Below the pieces are notes generated by a model that worked only from the letters and a program-made list of their open reading frames with translations, made no database searches and was not told the origin of the DNA. A stretch of 56,970 nucleotides of DNA from an uncultured virus (IMG/VR IMGVR_UViG_3300007512_000010) (taxonomy: Duplodnaviria > Heunggongvirae > Uroviricota > Caudoviricetes). Each line of letters opens with the position of its first letter. Position 1 is the stretch's first letter. The translations under genes were made by a program, and so were the position numbers. Location: positions 62,001 through 118,970 of IMG/VR virus record IMGVR_UViG_3300007512_000010. One strand, written 5' to 3'. Below are positions 28,001 to 36,666 of this stretch, one piece after another.

Positions 28001-30004
28001 ATGTCTAGTAATATTGGTCGTTACGTTTCAGGCGGTAGAGCCCGCGCATCCACGGTGGGCAGACCAGAAAAGTTCTACCCGAGTCCCTTTTTTGACGTTG
28101 CACAAAACTATCTACCCAAAACGATCAAAGATACTTTTGACTGGTGCTTGTACTACCAGCTTACTAATCCCCTGGTCAGCAGCATTACGCAGAAGCTCGC
28201 AACTTACGCCATTACCGACCTTATCTATGAGGACGATAACGAAGGCGTCACAGAGCGATACAAAGAGATCTTCGAAAAGCAGTTTTTGCTGCGGCAGTTC
28301 CTCGTAGAAACGAATCTAGATAGGTACACGTACGGCAATGCTTTTGTCTCCGTATCCTTCCCCTTTACAAAGGTTCTTACTTGTAAGGAGTGCAAGGCAG
28401 ACTACGAGGCAAGGAAGATCAAGTACAAGTGGAAGAGCTATCAATTCCACATCACTTGCGACTCGTGCGGGCACGAAGGGATTGCTGGTGTAAAGGATGA
28501 GCCAGTAAAGGCTGGCCTACAGATTCGGCTTATTCGTTGGAATCCGAAGAACATCAAAATCAACTACAACGAAATTACCGGGAAAAGCGAGTATTACTAC
28601 GAGGTTCCTCGCTATATCAAAAACGATATCACCCTCGGTAAACCCTCAATCATCGAAACGGTGCCGCAGGCTTTTATCGAGGCAATGCGGAAGAAGAAGA
28701 GCATCCTTCTCGAAAGCTCTAAACTGTTTCACGCGAAACGTGCATCAATCTCAAGAGCCCCCTCCGATAGTGGCTGGGGTGCTCCACTCATCCTCCCAGT
28801 GCTTAAGGATATTTTCTTTCTACAGGTCTTGAGGAAAGCTCAGGAAGCTGTCGCCATGGAGCACATCGTCCCCATGCGGGTCATGTTTCCACAGGTAACT
28901 ACAGACGGGAACAACCCTTACGCACACATCAATCTTCAGGATTGGCAGGAAGAGGTCTCTAGTCAGATTAAGAAGTGGCGGCAGGACAACAACCATATCC
29001 CGGTGATGCCTGTCCCCGTTGGCTACCAGATGATTGGCGGGCAAGGGCGGTCACTACTCCTCCACCAAGAACTCCGAATTTATAATGATCAAATAATCGC
29101 TGGAATGGGTGTTCCCACTGGGTTCTTTTACGGAGAGCAGCAGTACTCAGGGGCCTCAGTGAATCTTAGGGCGCTAGAGAATGAGTTTTTGGGAAATCGG
29201 CAGGATATGCTTCGTCTCGTTGAGTTTATCCGTGATCGTGTGTGCGCTTTCTTGGATCTTCCTAAAATCAAACTGAAGTTCAAGCCATTCAAGATGGCTG
29301 ACGACATCCAGCGAGCACAGTTTGATATGCAGCTTGCTGGCTCAAACATGATTAGTCGCAGAACCTTCTTGGAGTCCCGAGACTTTAACTTTGAGAGCGA
29401 GCAGGAACTTATCAGCACTGAACTGACGAAGATGAATAAGCAGCAGCGTGAGCAAATGATCGCACAGGCGAGCGCTCAGGGCGAAGCAATGCTCATCAAT
29501 ACTCGGTATCAGGGACAGGCTCAATTCCTACAGGCAGAGTCTCAGCAGGAGTTGCAACAGGCATTCCCGGAAATGGCCCAGCAACAAGCAGCCGCTCAAC
29601 AGGGCGGTGGTGCTCCGCAACAAGGAGGCGCTCCGCCACAGCAAGGCGGCGGTGATCCAGCCGCCGCTCAACAACAGGGGGCACCGCCTCCCGGAATGGA
29701 GCAACAGCAACAACAGCCGCCGCAACAAGAAGGCGGGCCTGTCCAAGGGGTGGAGCAGAGTCCGGTTCAGGCTCAACAAAACGGCGGCATGGTAGATATG
29801 TTTGCACAGGCCAAGCAACTCACCTCAGAGCTAAAAAAGATGAATGAGGTGGACAGGTATCGGGCCATGTCCCAAATCCGTGCAAGCAACCCTGATCTCT
29901 ACATGTTGGTGAATAATGCCCTATCTGGGGCTGGCGTGAAGTCCATGAATCCCCTACCGGAGAAACTACCTTCACGCGCAGACCCAGATAGAGCGCAGGT
30001 TTAA
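28001..30004 (+). CDS. Portal protein with a Zn-ribbon insertion and Gln/Pro-rich C-terminal region
   Basis: YYQLTNPLVSS, YTYGNAFV, IRWNPKNIKI, GWGAPLI, IIAGMGVP..F, SGASVNL motif series typical of large-phage portals; CKEC/CDSC. Confidence 0.75.
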   Translation: MSSNIGRYVSGGRARASTVGRPEKFYPSPFFDVAQNYLPKTIKDTFDWCLYYQLTNPLVSSITQKLATYAITDLIYEDDNEGVTERYKEIFEKQFLLRQFLVETNLDRYTYGNAFVSVSFPFTKVLTCKECKADYEARKIKYKWKSYQFHITCDSCGHEGIAGVKDEPVKAGLQIRLIRWNPKNIKINYNEITGKSEYYYEVPRYIKNDITLGKPSIIETVPQAFIEAMRKKKSILLESSKLFHAKRASISRAPSDSGWGAPLILPVLKDIFFLQVLRKAQEAVAMEHIVPMRVMFPQVTTDGNNPYAHINLQDWQEEVSSQIKKWRQDNNHIPVMPVPVGYQMIGGQGRSLLLHQELRIYNDQIIAGMGVPTGFFYGEQQYSGASVNLRALENEFLGNRQDMLRLVEFIRDRVCAFLDLPKIKLKFKPFKMADDIQRAQFDMQLAGSNMISRRTFLESRDFNFESEQELISTELTKMNKQQREQMIAQASAQGEAMLINTRYQGQAQFLQAESQQELQQAFPEMAQQQAAAQQGGGAPQQGGAPPQQGGGDPAAAQQQGAPPPGMEQQQQQPPQQEGGPVQGVEQSPVQAQQNGGMVDMFAQAKQLTSELKKMNEVDRYRAMSQIRASNPDLYMLVNNALSGAGVKSMNPLPEKLPSRADPDRAQV

Positions 30005-30225
30005 TGGACAAGAATTAGTATTGCCGAGGGGTTATCGCATCTGTCGCAAACGCCCCGTTGATAGTACGGGGAGGCCTTATCAGCTTTAACGACACATGCA
30101 GAGCAAACCCATCTAACGCAACCAGTGTTCTCAATGAAATGAGCACACGCCCCGCAATTCTTGGGTTCGTAGCACCAGATTCCGGCAACGTCACAAGCAA
30201 TAGGTTTGGGGGCGCGAGTAGACAT
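30001..30225 (-). CDS. Small Cys-rich (probable Zn-binding) protein
   Basis: CGAC, CSAC, CDRC and further Cys; lies downstream of motif copy 3. The start is uncertain (30225 or 30279). Confidence 0.5.
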   Translation of the reverse strand: MSTRAPKPIACDVAGIWCYEPKNCGACAHFIENTGCVRWVCSACVVKADKASPYYQRGVCDRCDNPSAILILVH

Positions 30226-30390
30226 CGCTATCCGACGATCATCAGCGATGATTCTACGGCTGACGCGAATAGTTCGCATGTGTTAAGACACCACATAAAG
30301 CACCTCTTTGACTATTGTTCCATGATTGTTAGAAAGATACACGCTGGTATACTCCTCTTATTTGGTTGGGAGCTACATTGCTCCATAGTT

Positions 30391-30403
30391 CTTATACCTA
30401 AAA
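30391..30403 (-). promoter_or_regulatory. Putative phage promoter element, copy 3 (TTTTAGGTATAAG)
   Basis: Matches the copies at 6666 and 26315; sits back-to-back with the RNAP start. Confidence 0.65.
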
Positions 30404-30432
30404 CGGGAGCGTAGTTAGCGCGGAGGCACCCA

Positions 30433-33400
30433 ATGGCAAACGTTCTAGATCCCCAGAGAGTTATGAAAGCTCTCGAAGACGGGACCGTAGAAAAAATAAA
30501 TAGTTTTTTTCCACTAGTAGGCAAGAAGCAAACATTAGTAGCTCGTAATATCTACACCACGGGCGATACTGATTTAGATGATATTCCTTCGCAGAAAAAA
30601 GCTAGATTACGTGGACGAACATGGGCTCAGGGAGTCTATGGTGACTTTGAGTTAGTCGATAACGAGACCGGCAAAGTCATAGATAAGGTGGCTAAGGTTA
30701 AAGTTGCCGCTGTCCCGAAAATCACAAGAAGATATAGCTACATTGTCGATGGTACGGAGTATCAGGTAGACAACCAGTGGCGGCTAAAATCCGGGGTGTA
30801 CGCCAGACGTAAAGCCAACGGAGAGCTTGAGAGCCAGTTCAACCTAGCGGCTGGGCGGGGTTTCCGTTTGGGATTCGACCCCGCAAGACGAAGATTCTTA
30901 ATGGGGTATGGAACGTCAAACGTTCAACTACTGCCCGTTCTACAAGCTTTGGGAATTCCGGATGAGGACATCCGTGCTGCTTGGGGGGCTGAGCTATACG
31001 CACGGAGCGTCTCTGATAAAAAGCGGGGGGAGGTCGTTAAGCTCGCCAAGGCTCTTGTACGCGGTGCCGCCCCAGCAAACGATACTGAGGCTGCGGCAAT
31101 CGTCAAAGAAGCGTACGACAAAACAGCGTTACTCAAAGATACAACAGCGATTACCCTGGGTGAAGGCTTCGATAAAGTCTCCGGTGGTGCGCTGCTAGCC
31201 TCTTCTAGAAAGTTATTAGCCATTAATAGGGGGGAGGCTGAGGTTGATAATCGGGACTCCCTTCGGTTTAAGGAGCTTTGGTCCATTGACAACCACATTC
31301 CCGAGCGGATTGGTAATTCAGCTAGAAGAATCCAGTATAAGCTAGGGAACAATATCGATAGGAAGGATAGCGTTCGCGCCATCGTTACACCGGATGTCTT
31401 CAACATCCCTATCAAAACCTTCTTTACGTCAACGTCGCTGTCCCAGCAAACAAGCCAAGTTAACCCGGTAGATATGATTGGTGGGTTCCTACGAACGACC
31501 ATTATGGGGCAGGGTGGTATTTCTAATGAGCAGGCTGTTTCAGATGATGCAAAGCTTATTGACTCTAGCTTCCTAGGGTTTATCGATCCGGTGCACACAC
31601 CAGAGGGCAAGCGTTCTGGTATCAGCGGGCATCTTGCTTTGGGTGTTAAGAAGGATGGGACGACGCCGTTAATCACTGTGTACGACACCAAGTCTGGGGC
31701 GTACGTGGATAAAAGCCCAGCAGACCTAGCTAATGCCGCCATCGCTTTCCCGGACCAGTACGACTTTTCTGGAAAGAAGCCTAAGGCCGTTGACAGCTTA
31801 GTAACGGTTGTCCGAAAAGACGGTGGGGATCCAGAGAAGGTTGCGCCTAATGAGGTCGATTACATCCTTCGGTCCCCCAAAGGCATGTTCTCCATCACAG
31901 CAAATCTGATCCCGTTCCTCCCTACGGATCAGGCTAATCGCGCTGGAATGGCTACCCGCCACATGGAACAAGCGGTAGCCCTAAAAGATCGAGAACAACC
32001 ACTTGTGCAGGTAGTCTCCGGCAACCCGAGCAAACGGTTTAAAACGTGGGAAAACATTGTAGGTTCCTTCACTAGTCACAACAGCCCAATCTCTGGGACT
32101 GTTCTGTCTGTTGGGGCCACCAAAATCGTTCTACAGGCGAAGGACGGTAGCAAGGTAGAGATGCCCCTCTACGACAACTTTCCCCTGAACGACAAGAAGG
32201 CCTTTGTCAGCAGCACCCCCTTGGTTAAGAAGGGGGACACCGTCAAAGCTGGCCAGACACTCGCGGACACCAACTTCACAAAAGACGGGACGCTGTCGAT
32301 GGGCACGAACCTTAGGGTTGGCTACATCCCCTACAAAGGTTTGGTGTTTGAGGACGGCATCGTCATCTCTGAAACGGCGTCAAAGAAGCTGACTAGCGAG
32401 CATCTGCACAAAAATAGGGCGTACGTTGAAAAAAATATGCAGGTTGGGCTACGCAAGTTCCGGGCAAATTTCCCAGGCTCAGTAACGGACGATAACGCTG
32501 CCAAGCTGGATGAGGATGGTGTCATTAAGAAGGGCCAGCGGGTTGACCCAGGCGACACTTTGATGACGGTTCTCCAAAAGACAGAGCCCTCAAAAGAGCA
32601 GGCGATGTTGAAGGGAATCCATAAATCCCTGGTACGCCCCTTCAAGGACCGCTCTGTCACCTGGGAGAAGCCTTACGCCGGAGTCGTTACGGATGTTGTT
32701 CGTAATGGTCGAGAGATAATGGTCTACGTAAAGACCGAAGAACCCGCAGACGTAGGAGATAAACTCACAGGTAGGCATGGCAATAAAGGTGTTATTACTG
32801 CCGTAATACCTGATGAGGAGATGCCCAGAGATGCGGAAGGGAACCCACTCCAGTTGATTCTGAATCCTTCTGGTGTTCCGGGCCGAATCAATCTAGGGCA
32901 GGTCCTAGAGACCAGTTTGGCTAAGGTTGCTGACAAGCGGGGCGAGCCTTACGCAGTCGATAACTTTCAGGCTAGCGGAGGGAAAAAGATTGTCCGGGTT
33001 AAGGAGCACACCCGCACTATCCAGACAAAAGAAGGCCCTAAGCAAATAACGATTAAGGCCCACGACCGTGAAGTCGGCTACCAAGAGCAGGTAAAGAAGG
33101 TTCTTGCCGCAGAGGGCGTCTCTGAAACCACGGAGTTGTTCGATCCGGTCACAGGGAAGAGTCTGGGGCAAGTACTGGTAGGTAAGCAGTACACGCTTAA
33201 GCTGCTACATCAGATTGATAAGAAGCTCCGTGCTAGGGCACATGGTTACGGACACGACTACGACGCAAACTTGGTTCCCAAGGGCGGTGGGGAAACCGGA
33301 GGCGCACAGCGGTTTGGCGAACTAGGTCTTTACGCCATGCTTGCCCACGGAGCTACAGCCAATATTCGGGACGCACTGACCTACAAAAGCGATAAGCAAC

Positions 33401-36400
33401 AGGATGAGATTTGGACAGCAGTCCAAACAGGCCAGATCCTCCCCAACCCAAAACCATCGTTCGCATATGAAAAATTCTTGGCGTACATGGGGGCTCTTGG
33501 TCTTAACGTGGAGAAGGAGGGGAATGGTCTTGTTGTCTCACCTCTCACGGATAAACAAATTCTTGAGACCTCTAACGGTGAGATTACCGATGGTAGTCGC
33601 GTAATTCGCGGCAAGGATCTAAAGCCAGAAAAGGGCGGTCTATTTGATGAGGACGTGACCGGTGGCCCAGGCGGTAATCATTGGGGGCACATCGCTCTTG
33701 GAACCTCTATGCCGAACCCCATGTTTGAAAAGGGTGTTCGGTCTTTGCTGGGACTGACTGGGAAAGAGTACGACAGTGCTATTGCGGGAACGCATAAAGA
33801 CATAGTCGGTCCTCAAGGAATCATTGCTGCCCTAGCTGCACTAAATGTGGATGAAGAGCTTGCCTCGGCTAAGGAACAGATAAAGACCGCTAGACGGGGT
33901 GAGCTAGATAAGCTGAACAAGAAGATTAAGTACCTGCTGATGCTCAAGAAGGAGGGCCTTTCCGCTGACAAGGCGTACGGAATAAGCAATGTGCCAGTCC
34001 TGCCCCCTATCTTTAGGCCCATTACCGCTATGGAGGGCGGGGATCTAAACATCGATGGTACAAACATGTTGTACCGCGATATCGCCATGCTCAACCAAAA
34101 GCTAAAGGAGGCCGATGGGGTTTTGCCCGAGTCCGCAACCGCGAAGCTCCGGGGCGACCTATACAATGCTGTGGATGCTTTGATGGGCGTGTCTACCCCT
34201 ACAGAGGGGGCCATGACTATGGATGGTCAAGCAAGACCCCCCGGAATACTCACCATTCTCTCTGGCCGTCAATCGCCAAAGCAGAGCTTTTTCCACAAAC
34301 GAATTCTGGATCGTAAGCAGGACATCTCCATGCGGTCGGTCATTGTTCCCGATATGGATCTGCACCTCGACGAGTTAGGTCTTCCGAGGAAGGGGGCTAT
34401 GAAGATCTACAGGCCCTTTGTGGTGAAGGAGCTTGTAAACATGGGGTATACGCCCCTCAAGGCTAGGGAAGAAATCGAGAAGAATAGTTCTTTGGCGAAT
34501 AGAGCCCTTGAGGTTGCTGTTAACAAGCGCCCGGTACTTTTTAAGCGTGACCCAGTTCTACATAAGTTTGGGATCATGGCCTTTAAGCCAAAACTTCACG
34601 ATGAGAAGTCCATCCACATCCACCCTCTGGTGACCGGTGGGTTCAATGCTGACTTTGACGGGGACACAATGGCCATCTTTGTGCCCGTATCCCAAGAGGC
34701 CGTCGATGAGGCGCATAAAATGCTGCCCTCAAAGAACCTGTTCAACCCTGCTACTGGGAGGGTGATGTACCAGCCGAGCCTAGAGGGCCAGTTAGGGCTC
34801 TACCTGCTTACCCAAATGGGGAAGAAGACGAGAACTAAGTTTGCCGATGCTAAAGAAGCATTAGCCGCCGCAGAGGCTGGAGATATTCTAGCTACTGATG
34901 TTGTGTCTGTTGGGGGATTACGAACAACGGCGGGAAGAATATTATTCAATAATGCCTTGCCGAAAAAGGTTCAATCTGAAGAAATCCTCACAGACCCTAA
35001 GCTGATTATGGGGAAGGGTGTCCTCCAAAACATCTTGCGCCAAGTAGCTGTGAAAAGCCCCGCAGAGTTCCAAGCCACAGCAGACAAGATAAAGAATCTT
35101 GGCTTTGGTCATGCGTACGACACCGGGTTCTCGTTTGATTTGGATGACTTCAACACTCTCACAGAGCTTCGCAATAGCAGGATGAAAGTTGCGCGGGCTA
35201 AGGAAACAGCCATCAGGAAAAAGGAGAAGATGAAGCTCATCTCTCCTAGCGCCGCCGAAGCTCAAATTATCGACCTGTATACCAAGGTGACAGAAGACCT
35301 GTCGTCAGAAGCTAAGAAGATTCTAGACAAAGATGGAAACAAACTCAGAGCTATGAACAACGCAGGAGTCAAACCCGCTTGGTCGCAGCTACAGCAGATG
35401 CTTATCGGACCCATGCTTCTAGAGAATGCGAGCGGTCGGGTTATTCCTGTGCCTGTAGACAGGTCATATTCCGAAGGTCTGCGTTCTTCTGATTACTGGG
35501 TCGCTTCATCTGGTGCGCGTAAGGGCCTCATTGAGAAGGTACAGTCTGTATCTGTTCCGGGGGCACTGAATAAACAAATAGCCAACACGGCTATTAGCTA
35601 CGTAGTTACACAGAATAATTGTGGTACGAAGCGGGGGATTGCCCTAGATATTGGCGACTCAGATTTAGTTGATCGGTTTACTGCTAAAGCCTTTAAGGCT
35701 GGGGGATCCACGGTCCCCGCAGGTACGGCCATAACCCCTGCGCTGCTTTCTAAGCTAAAGGCCTCAAAGGTCTCTAAAGTTGTGGCTAGATCGCCTATGA
35801 AATGTGAGTCCAAGAAGGGGCTGTGTTCTCACTGCTATGGGCTCATGGATGGTGGAAGGCCTGTTGAGGTGGGGACCAATATCGGGCTTATTGCCGGAAC
35901 CGCATTGGGGGAACGCGGCACACAGTTGTCTATGAAGACATTCCATACGGGCGGTGTGGCCGGGTCTTCTGCGGGTGTCGTTGGTGGCATTGACCGGATT
36001 AGCCAACTTCTGAAGATGCCCGCAACGCTACCTAACGCAGCAGTACTTTCTCCAGCTACCGCTGAGGTAAGCAAGGTGACTAAGAGCCCTGTCGGTGGTT
36101 TTGATATCTCTATTGGTAACGAGGACATCTATGTTCCGGCTGGGCGAACGATCAGTATCGGTGTTGGGGACAAGGTTAGGAAGGGCCAGCAGATTTCAAG
36201 TGGTGTAATTGAGCCCCGAGACCTATTGGCAAAGACCAACGTAGACACAGTCCAGGCGTACATCGCTGACGAGATCAACAAGGTGTATAAGAGCGAAGGG
36301 ATTAAACGAAGGAACATTGAGGTGGTCACCAAGGCGGTAACCAACCTCGGGCGGGTCACTGACCCTGGAGACTCCTCGTTTATCAAGAATGACTACATCT

Positions 36401-36666
36401 CTTTATCACACGCTGCTGCCCTCAATCGTTCTGGCAAAATGAAAGCCCCGATCAGAGTGCAGCCGATGCTCCGTGGTATCGAGACACTTCCTCTGGATCA
36501 GAGTACAGACTGGATCGCTAGGCTTCAGTACCGAAAACTTAAAGAAACCTTTATTAGGGCTGCGAATGAGGGATGGGAGTCTGATCTTCACGGAACACAC
36601 CCCGCCCCAGGCATCGCTTATTCCGCTGAATTCGGTAAGCCTAAAGATAGCGGAGGCCCTTATTAA
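30433..36666 (+). CDS. rpoBC: DNA-directed RNA polymerase, fused beta-beta' single polypeptide (bacterial type, streamlined)
   Basis: Beta motifs: IDPVHTPEG, LIPFL.TDQANRA.M, GLVFEDG, GDKLTGRHGNKGV, NPSGVPGRINLGQ, YTLKL.H, GGAQRFGE, KSD. Beta' motifs: GGLFD, WGHIAL, VLPPIFRP, RSVIVP, RDPVLH, catalytic NADFDGD (34645-34665), bridge helix GARKGL, C-x6-C-x2-C, trigger loop GERGTQLSMKTFHTGG. Confidence 0.95.
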   Translation: MANVLDPQRVMKALEDGTVEKINSFFPLVGKKQTLVARNIYTTGDTDLDDIPSQKKARLRGRTWAQGVYGDFELVDNETGKVIDKVAKVKVAAVPKITRRYSYIVDGTEYQVDNQWRLKSGVYARRKANGELESQFNLAAGRGFRLGFDPARRRFLMGYGTSNVQLLPVLQALGIPDEDIRAAWGAELYARSVSDKKRGEVVKLAKALVRGAAPANDTEAAAIVKEAYDKTALLKDTTAITLGEGFDKVSGGALLASSRKLLAINRGEAEVDNRDSLRFKELWSIDNHIPERIGNSARRIQYKLGNNIDRKDSVRAIVTPDVFNIPIKTFFTSTSLSQQTSQVNPVDMIGGFLRTTIMGQGGISNEQAVSDDAKLIDSSFLGFIDPVHTPEGKRSGISGHLALGVKKDGTTPLITVYDTKSGAYVDKSPADLANAAIAFPDQYDFSGKKPKAVDSLVTVVRKDGGDPEKVAPNEVDYILRSPKGMFSITANLIPFLPTDQANRAGMATRHMEQAVALKDREQPLVQVVSGNPSKRFKTWENIVGSFTSHNSPISGTVLSVGATKIVLQAKDGSKVEMPLYDNFPLNDKKAFVSSTPLVKKGDTVKAGQTLADTNFTKDGTLSMGTNLRVGYIPYKGLVFEDGIVISETASKKLTSEHLHKNRAYVEKNMQVGLRKFRANFPGSVTDDNAAKLDEDGVIKKGQRVDPGDTLMTVLQKTEPSKEQAMLKGIHKSLVRPFKDRSVTWEKPYAGVVTDVVRNGREIMVYVKTEEPADVGDKLTGRHGNKGVITAVIPDEEMPRDAEGNPLQLILNPSGVPGRINLGQVLETSLAKVADKRGEPYAVDNFQASGGKKIVRVKEHTRTIQTKEGPKQITIKAHDREVGYQEQVKKVLAAEGVSETTELFDPVTGKSLGQVLVGKQYTLKLLHQIDKKLRARAHGYGHDYDANLVPKGGGETGGAQRFGELGLYAMLAHGATANIRDALTYKSDKQQDEIWTAVQTGQILPNPKPSFAYEKFLAYMGALGLNVEKEGNGLVVSPLTDKQILETSNGEITDGSRVIRGKDLKPEKGGLFDEDVTGGPGGNHWGHIALGTSMPNPMFEKGVRSLLGLTGKEYDSAIAGTHKDIVGPQGIIAALAALNVDEELASAKEQIKTARRGELDKLNKKIKYLLMLKKEGLSADKAYGISNVPVLPPIFRPITAMEGGDLNIDGTNMLYRDIAMLNQKLKEADGVLPESATAKLRGDLYNAVDALMGVSTPTEGAMTMDGQARPPGILTILSGRQSPKQSFFHKRILDRKQDISMRSVIVPDMDLHLDELGLPRKGAMKIYRPFVVKELVNMGYTPLKAREEIEKNSSLANRALEVAVNKRPVLFKRDPVLHKFGIMAFKPKLHDEKSIHIHPLVTGGFNADFDGDTMAIFVPVSQEAVDEAHKMLPSKNLFNPATGRVMYQPSLEGQLGLYLLTQMGKKTRTKFADAKEALAAAEAGDILATDVVSVGGLRTTAGRILFNNALPKKVQSEEILTDPKLIMGKGVLQNILRQVAVKSPAEFQATADKIKNLGFGHAYDTGFSFDLDDFNTLTELRNSRMKVARAKETAIRKKEKMKLISPSAAEAQIIDLYTKVTEDLSSEAKKILDKDGNKLRAMNNAGVKPAWSQLQQMLIGPMLLENASGRVIPVPVDRSYSEGLRSSDYWVASSGARKGLIEKVQSVSVPGALNKQIANTAISYVVTQNNCGTKRGIALDIGDSDLVDRFTAKAFKAGGSTVPAGTAITPALLSKLKASKVSKVVARSPMKCESKKGLCSHCYGLMDGGRPVEVGTNIGLIAGTALGERGTQLSMKTFHTGGVAGSSAGVVGGIDRISQLLKMPATLPNAAVLSPATAEVSKVTKSPVGGFDISIGNEDIYVPAGRTISIGVGDKVRKGQQISSGVIEPRDLLAKTNVDTVQAYIADEINKVYKSEGIKRRNIEVVTKAVTNLGRVTDPGDSSFIKNDYISLSHAAALNRSGKMKAPIRVQPMLRGIETLPLDQSTDWIARLQYRKLKETFIRAANEGWESDLHGTHPAPGIAYSAEFGKPKDSGGPY

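Noticed and set aside
30924..31742. Long antisense ORFs (e.g. 30924-31742, 41470-42225, 2604-3290)
   Set aside because: They lie opposite well-supported genes, have no RBS or recognisable motifs, and are expected from codon bias.
30433..36666. Bacterial chromosomal rpoBC locus (Helicobacter/Wolbachia-like fusion)
   Set aside because: There are no ribosomal protein, nusG or tuf neighbours. The gene is flanked by portal and baseplate genes, its stop overlaps the spike start (TAATG), and it is too short and divergent.
16791..36666. Inteins or introns in the polymerase, helicases or RNAP
   Set aside because: Motif spacing is compact, and no C...HN splice junctions or LAGLIDADG/HNH inserts were evident.
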